Below are positions 36,244-40,529 of a stretch of DNA of 40,529 bases, one piece after another. Position 1 is the stretch's first letter. Each line of letters opens with the position of its first letter. The notes beneath the pieces are model-generated. The model worked only from the letters and a program-made list of their open reading frames with translations, was not told the origin of the DNA and did no database searches. The stretch is from Boseongicola sp. SB0662_bin_57 (GTDB lineage Bacteria > Pseudomonadota > Alphaproteobacteria > Rhodobacterales > Rhodobacteraceae), in assembly GCA_009839535.1 (NCBI GenBank), contig VXPN01000263.1, positions 1 through 40,529 of the forward strand, read 5' to 3'. Both the position numbers and the translations under genes were made by a program.

Positions 36244-37682
36244 TTGCCTGCACCCCGGCAAAGGCCCAGGCCGTTGAACCTCCCCGCGCCAATAAGGACG
36301 GGACCGCCTACGCTCCGCTCGAACTCGATCACGGCATGGACCAGCTGACGGCTCTCAAGCGACCTGGGCAGCTTCCATCGGGTCCAGGGAGGCTCGCCCG
36401 CCAGGGGACGGGCCGGTGGCGCGCCCTTGACCGCAGAGTGCTTGCCGACCCGAATGCGATCGATGTCGGGGCGGGGCAATCCGGCATGTTGGCAGGCACG
36501 CGCAACGAGCTCGCGGACCTCAGTGTCTTCTTTCCGCTTGAGGTGCCGGTCCAGCACGATGGGCGTTACCGTAGCCCACCGGCGCGATCCATCAAGGTAG
36601 GGATCAGGACGAAGAGACCGCAGGCGGTCTCCATGCTCCGCTGCGGGCGCGAGCTCGAGCGGCTTTCGAAGGGGCGGTCCCTGCAGAGTCAGCACACGTC
36701 GCTGAACGTCGGCTCGAAATGGCGCCAAGACTTCGAATGCCGCGCGAAATCCGTCGATGCGATGCAGCGCTTCTCCGGACGGAGGCACCACGGCGAATCC
36801 CAGGACGCGGCCGTCGCCATGAGGCGAGCCCACGAAGGCCATGGGCGCGATTGCAAGATGGGGATGTCGCGTGGGCGTTCCGTCGGGCGCATGCCCGGAC
36901 ACGATCTCGGGGATGGCGTCACCCCGACCAACCCTGCGATAGCCGGCCATCAACGTCTGTCGCAGCAGGCGGCCGACCAGTGCGGATGCCCGAATGTCGG
37001 GAACCTCGCCGGAAACGGCCTCCAGGACCAGCCACTCGGTTGCGGTTTCGGGCAACGGCGCATGTTCCGCGAACACGGGTGCCCCCGGCCTGATTTCCGG
37101 GCGGGAGGGCCTGGCGCGATGCGCCTCTTCCAGCTCGATCAGCCTGCCGGGATAGACACGTCGACGTGCGCGTTGCTTGCCAAGATGCGACCCTCGGGTC
37201 TCGCCGGGAACGAACCGGCACCGCGCAAGGCTGGCCGAATGACCGAGATATCCGACACAGCCCGCGATCGCGTTCAAGGCGTCGACAGTCCCGGCGTCTG
37301 GCGCATCAGGCCAGACCAGTTCCACCTTGGGGTCGTCGGGCCTCGTTGCGGGAAAGCGCCGCGGCTGGCGAGGGCGACGATCCGGCAGCACCTTGAGATA
37401 GGTCTTCGTCGCCTTCGACGCCCTGAGATCGTTCGGCGGCACGAACACGTCGGGGGCTGTTCTGGGATTGTGTCCGCTGGCGTGTATGACGGGAGGCGGC
37501 TGACCTTCGAGCCATTCCAGAGCCGCGCGCTCGACCGGGGCTTCACCCCTGACTCCCCATGCCGACACCAGTGCCGAAAACACCCGATCGGGCTGTGGCG
37601 GCCAGTCGGGAGCATTGCTCCCGGGACCGCGCGATGCACGACAGACGCCGGTCAGGAACTCAATTTCGAGCACGAGGCTCAT
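36240..37682 (-). CDS. csb2: Csb2 (Cas5-Cas6 fusion of type I-U/I-G), 480 aa
   Basis: MSLVLEIEFLTGVCRASRGPGSNAPDWPPQPDRVFSALVSAWG matches the Csb2 N-terminal signature (eWPPsP.RlfsAL). Its ATG overlaps the csb1 stop (ATGA at 37682-37679). The track form has a 78-aa Arg-rich over-extension. Confidence 0.85.
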   Translation of the reverse strand: MSLVLEIEFLTGVCRASRGPGSNAPDWPPQPDRVFSALVSAWGVRGEAPVERAALEWLEGQPPPVIHASGHNPRTAPDVFVPPNDLRASKATKTYLKVLPDRRPRQPRRFPATRPDDPKVELVWPDAPDAGTVDALNAIAGCVGYLGHSASLARCRFVPGETRGSHLGKQRARRRVYPGRLIELEEAHRARPSRPEIRPGAPVFAEHAPLPETATEWLVLEAVSGEVPDIRASALVGRLLRQTLMAGYRRVGRGDAIPEIVSGHAPDGTPTRHPHLAIAPMAFVGSPHGDGRVLGFAVVPPSGEALHRIDGFRAAFEVLAPFRADVQRRVLTLQGPPLRKPLELAPAAEHGDRLRSLRPDPYLDGSRRWATVTPIVLDRHLKRKEDTEVRELVARACQHAGLPRPDIDRIRVGKHSAVKGAPPARPLAGEPPWTRWKLPRSLESRQLVHAVIEFERSVGGPVLIGAGRFNGLGLCRGAGN

Positions 37683-38917
37683 CGGTCGTCCCCGTCTTCT
37701 CCGCCTTCTCCTTCCAGCGCGAGTTCGCGGCTTCTGCGCACGATCTCGACCAGCTTTTTCTGCGGCGTCAGCGCGAGAGATCGAAAGTAGAAGCCCGCAT
37801 CCTCCGCCTGCCGGAACGCTTCCCGATACAGCGCCAGCGCCTTGGCGCGATCGAATTCGACTTCCGTTGCAGATCCGTCCCAATTGACAAGCTCGAGCGG
37901 GGCAGCGCCCTCGCAAACGAGATCGCAGCGTGAACGCAACGCATACCCGCGCGCATCCTGCTCGGCGACCGCCAACAAGCCGAGAGAGGCGACCAGCACC
38001 CGCCCTGCCGCATCGCGCGCGCCGCCGCCGAACCGCAGACGCCTGATTCCGGCCAGCGTGATCGCGACCCGATGCTCCGCGTGGTCGCAGGTCACGCCCA
38101 GAGGCTCGACCGACGGTGCAATGTTGCCGTGATTGATTTCCGACGGCCGCACCCTCTTCGCCCCCTTTCCCGCATCCTCCTGGTTGGTGCTCCAGCCGGA
38201 GGCTCCCTTGTAGACCTCCACCTTGCGAAGCACGCCGAGAGGATCGATCCGGCTTCCGGTGCGGCGGCCCGAAGTTCGCGGGATGATTTCGCCGGTTTCC
38301 TGACTGTGGACGATCTCATCCACCGGCGTGTCGACGGCCACGATTTCGGAAACGATCGTTCGCGGGAACTTCGCGCCGAAGCCGCCGCCCTCTCCCTGGC
38401 TGTGCCATGCGCCGAAGACCAGCGCCGTGGGCGATAGCTCCAGCAGCGCGGTTGCGTCGGCGGGCTTGGCGGCCGCAAGACGTCGACCCTCGTCGCTCTG
38501 CATGAAGGGAACGTCGCCGAGCAGGCTGTCCCTCAGGATGGCGTCGTAGACACGGTGAGGCGCGTCGAGCGAGGTTATGCGCTCCAGGGGGCTCACGCCC
38601 GCGCCTCGGAAATCCACCGTGACGTAAGGGATGTGAATCGGCTCGTCCCCGCCCTCTCCGTCGGCTGCCGCCAGGAGCGATTCTTCGAGACGGTTGGCCT
38701 GGCTCTGGACGCTGTCGATCAGGACGCACCAGACCTCCTTGCCGTCCATTCGTCGCCGCTCGAAGACATGGCGGGCGGGATCGTTGTTGCGTTCGCCCGG
38801 ATAGGTCGGCGGGAAAATCTTGTCGCCGCGTCCTCCGATCGGCTGAAGACGGGCGATGCGGCGAAATGCCGCCGCATTGCCGATCACCTCTCCCAAGAAT
38901 CCTGCATCGATCTTCAT
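37679..38917 (-). CDS. csb1: Csb1 (Cas7 backbone subunit of type I-U/I-G), 412 aa
   Basis: LQPIGGRGDKIFPPTYPG...CVLIDSVQSQANRLEESLL is the Csb1/Cas7u signature as I remember it. AGGAGA lies 8 nt upstream of the ATG. Confidence 0.88.
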   Translation of the reverse strand: MKIDAGFLGEVIGNAAAFRRIARLQPIGGRGDKIFPPTYPGERNNDPARHVFERRRMDGKEVWCVLIDSVQSQANRLEESLLAAADGEGGDEPIHIPYVTVDFRGAGVSPLERITSLDAPHRVYDAILRDSLLGDVPFMQSDEGRRLAAAKPADATALLELSPTALVFGAWHSQGEGGGFGAKFPRTIVSEIVAVDTPVDEIVHSQETGEIIPRTSGRRTGSRIDPLGVLRKVEVYKGASGWSTNQEDAGKGAKRVRPSEINHGNIAPSVEPLGVTCDHAEHRVAITLAGIRRLRFGGGARDAAGRVLVASLGLLAVAEQDARGYALRSRCDLVCEGAAPLELVNWDGSATEVEFDRAKALALYREAFRQAEDAGFYFRSLALTPQKKLVEIVRRSRELALEGEGGEDGDDR

Positions 38918-39117
38918 TCTTGTTTCTCCTGTACAGCGTTTCGGTCAGTCTGTTCGTTGTGGTCGATCCCCGCTGCATGCGTCTTGCGCCATGCAGCATG
39001 CGGAGGCGGCCGGAACTCAGGCGCGCCTTGCGGCAATTCACACTCGACGGTCGTCATGGTCAGGCTCTTGCCTTCAATCTTCAGCGAACTGATCCTTCCA
39101 ATGTGCACACGAACCAT
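38914..39117 (-). CDS. Small ORF (67 aa) heading the cas operon, unknown function
   Basis: The ATG at 39117 is preceded by AGGGAGG with a 7-nt spacer. Its stop overlaps the csb1 ATG (ATGA at 38917-38914). The sequence is MVRVHIGRISSLKIEGKSLTMTTVECELPQGAPEFRPPPHAAWRKTHAAGIDHNEQTDRNAVQEKQE. The G/C bias at third codon positions is weaker than in the cas genes. Confidence 0.45.
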   Translation of the reverse strand: MVRVHIGRISSLKIEGKSLTMTTVECELPQGAPEFRPPPHAAWRKTHAAGIDHNEQTDRNAVQEKQE

Positions 39118-39150
39118 CGGCCAGCCTCCCTGCCATCTCGTTCACCCAGA

Positions 39151-39180
39151 ACGATACGCAGATTGAAATGTATTTGTCAA
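39151..39180 (-). promoter_or_regulatory. Candidate sigma70-type promoter for the cas operon
   Basis: The minus strand reads TTGACA (39180-39175), then an 18-nt spacer, then TATCGT (39156-39151). It sits inside the only AT-rich patch upstream of the operon. A 7-bp inverted repeat TGCGCAC/GTGCGCA lies at 39227-39253, just upstream. Confidence 0.3.
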
Positions 39181-39881
39181 CTCCCCTTAACCCTACTAAT
39201 ATAACTAAGTAATCTTGATGGGTGTCTGCGCACTCAATCGCGCACCGTGCGCATCAGGCCACATTGAAGCGTTATGTTCGTAGGGTTTGCAGCGTCACGC
39301 TCCGCTCGGCATCCGGGTCGCAAGGCCCGGCTTCTTTCGTTGACGCGGCTTCCCTCCGTCAGGCGGTCAAGCTGTCACGTATTCTCGGCCGTGGCATCCC
39401 AGATGAACGTCTTCACGCAAGCTGATGTTGCCCTTGTCGCGCAATCTGATGCAGATCGGCCTGCGACGTTCGGGGTTGAGGTGATCCTTCCGGGCTATTG
39501 GAAAGGAAGGCTGAATTTCCGGTCGCGACGGATCATCAAGCGGCATGCGTCGAGCGTTTCCTGCCGGATGCTGCTTCCGGCGAGCCAGTCCGGCAACGGA
39601 TCCGGCGCTGGGAGATCGTCGTCCTGGACGTAGGCGGCTTCATGTCGAGCGACGCGAGCGGCTTTGTCGCAGGCTTGCTCTACGGCCCGGGCCAGGACGA
39701 GGTCGGAAACGTCTTCGAGCGGAAATGGCTGCTCGGGGGCTTTCGGCGCTTCCCTGCCGCTTGCGGCCGCGCCGATGTCCCGTTGAATGATGCAGAAGCC
39801 GGTTCAGGGAATTTGCGTGTCAAGATGCAAACGTGCGCCGCCCGATCTGGTCGGCGCCCTCTTGCGCGCATCGTGGCAGGT

Positions 39882-40529
39882 TCAATCGCAAAGCTGATCA
39901 ATGCGGTCGGCGATGCGTTGGGCCGGTTCGCGCAACTGGTCCACAGTCCAGTCAGCAGCGTAGCCCTCCGTCACGTCGGAAGGCCGGGCATGGTTCACGA
40001 GCCGCTTCGTCAGCGAGCGCGGCAGCATCAGCTCGCGCTCGGCCACCGTGATGAACGCGTTGCGCAGCCCGTGGAACCAGAATCGGGTGCCCGCCGCCTT
40101 GCCGATGCCCTCGTAGAACCGCGCAATGTCCGCGACATGGCCCGACTTCGCCTTCTTCGGCGACGGGAACACCCAGCCCTCGGATGGCGCGGCCTCACCG
40201 CCGCAGTCCGGCCGGAGCCGCTCGAGGATGGCAGCGAGCTGCCGCGTGACCGGAAGCTCGAGCGGCACACCCGTCTTCGTCTCGTCGACCCGCAGGATGC
40301 GCCGCTCCAGGTCAACCCGCTCCCGGCGCAGCGACAGGACCTCGCTCCGGCGCATGCCCGTGTAGAGGCCGATCAGGAAGATGTCGCGGATCGCGGGACT
40401 GGGCACGGCCGCCTCGATGCCCGCGCGCCAGCGCGGCAGCACCTCCGCCGGGCCAGAAATCTGGCGCCGCTTCTTGGCGTTGAAGCGCCCGCCCGCCGCC
40501 AGCCAGAGATCGACCGGGTTGCGCAGGCC
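39882..40529 (-). CDS. int: Tyrosine recombinase/integrase, C-terminal catalytic domain (N-terminus lies beyond the right edge)
   Basis: Catalytic residues in order: LYTGMRRSEVLSL (Arg), WFHGLRNAF (HxxR), TEGYAADW (Tyr). The reading frame stays open from 40442 to the window end (GLRNPVDLWLAAGGRFNAKKRRQISGPAEV...), so the track ORF is truncated. Confidence 0.85.
   Translation of the reverse strand, partial: GLRNPVDLWLAAGGRFNAKKRRQISGPAEVLPRWRAGIEAAVPSPAIRDIFLIGLYTGMRRSEVLSLRRERVDLERRILRVDETKTGVPLELPVTRQLAAILERLRPDCGGEAAPSEGWVFPSPKKAKSGHVADIARFYEGIGKAAGTRFWFHGLRNAFITVAERELMLPRSLTKRLVNHARPSDVTEGYAADWTVDQLREPAQRIADRIDQLCD

Noticed and set aside
39495-39803. 103-codon minus-strand open frame (...EQPFPLEDVSDLVLARAVEQACDKAARVARHEAAYVQDDDLPAPDPLPDWLAGSS...) between int and the cas promoter, with fairly high G/C at third codon positions
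   Set aside because: There is no ATG, GTG or TTG start until near its end, so it is absent from the ORF track. It has no RBS and no recognisable family. It may be a gene remnant, which leaves too little support to call. The overlapping plus-strand ORF 39274-39633 and the minus-strand ORF 39680-39901 are no better supported.

Overview
This is a GC-rich, compositionally mosaic segment that reads like the cargo arm of an integrative mobilizable or conjugative element. The host looks like a high-GC proteobacterium (inference from codon usage and gene content). Nearly all genes are on the minus strand. Contents from right to left:

(1) A partial tyrosine integrase running off the right edge (39882-40529).

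(2) A complete type I-U/I-G CRISPR-Cas locus. It contains a 67-aa lead ORF, csb1/cas7u, csb2/cas5-cas6, cas3 with a C-terminal HD domain, a short Cas8u-like gene, a cas4-cas1 fusion, cas2 and a leader. The array has 31 repeats (27811-30056) with progressively decayed trailer repeats.

(3) An orphan RNase H-like gene (26850-27563).

(4) A mobilization module. It contains a stop-interrupted RHH gene, a repeat-rich ~1 kb candidate oriT region and three tandem overlapping RHH genes. These are followed by a coiled-coil/TM protein, a ~1502-aa MOBF (TrwC-like) relaxase-helicase and another TM protein.

(5) A lower-GC defence block. It contains a 1107-aa protein with an Mrr-like PD-(D/E)xK N-terminus and no NTPase, and a Type III R-M mod-res pair. 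A 2074-aa NTPase-less helical/PIN-like giant gene starts 13 nt after res.

(6) A convergent two-gene module with a GTGA overlap, a 1.25 kb ORF-poor stretch, and the 5' part of a PLD/HKD nuclease gene running off the left edge.

The best candidates for something undescribed are the two very large uncharacterised genes that bracket the Type III R-M operon (2926-17084). Secondary candidates are the small ORF heading the cas operon and the two-gene module at 1761-2854.

Start codons were re-chosen by hand from the ORF track. Hand-derived coordinates may be off by 1-2 nt. No database search was possible, so all family names rest on motif recognition.
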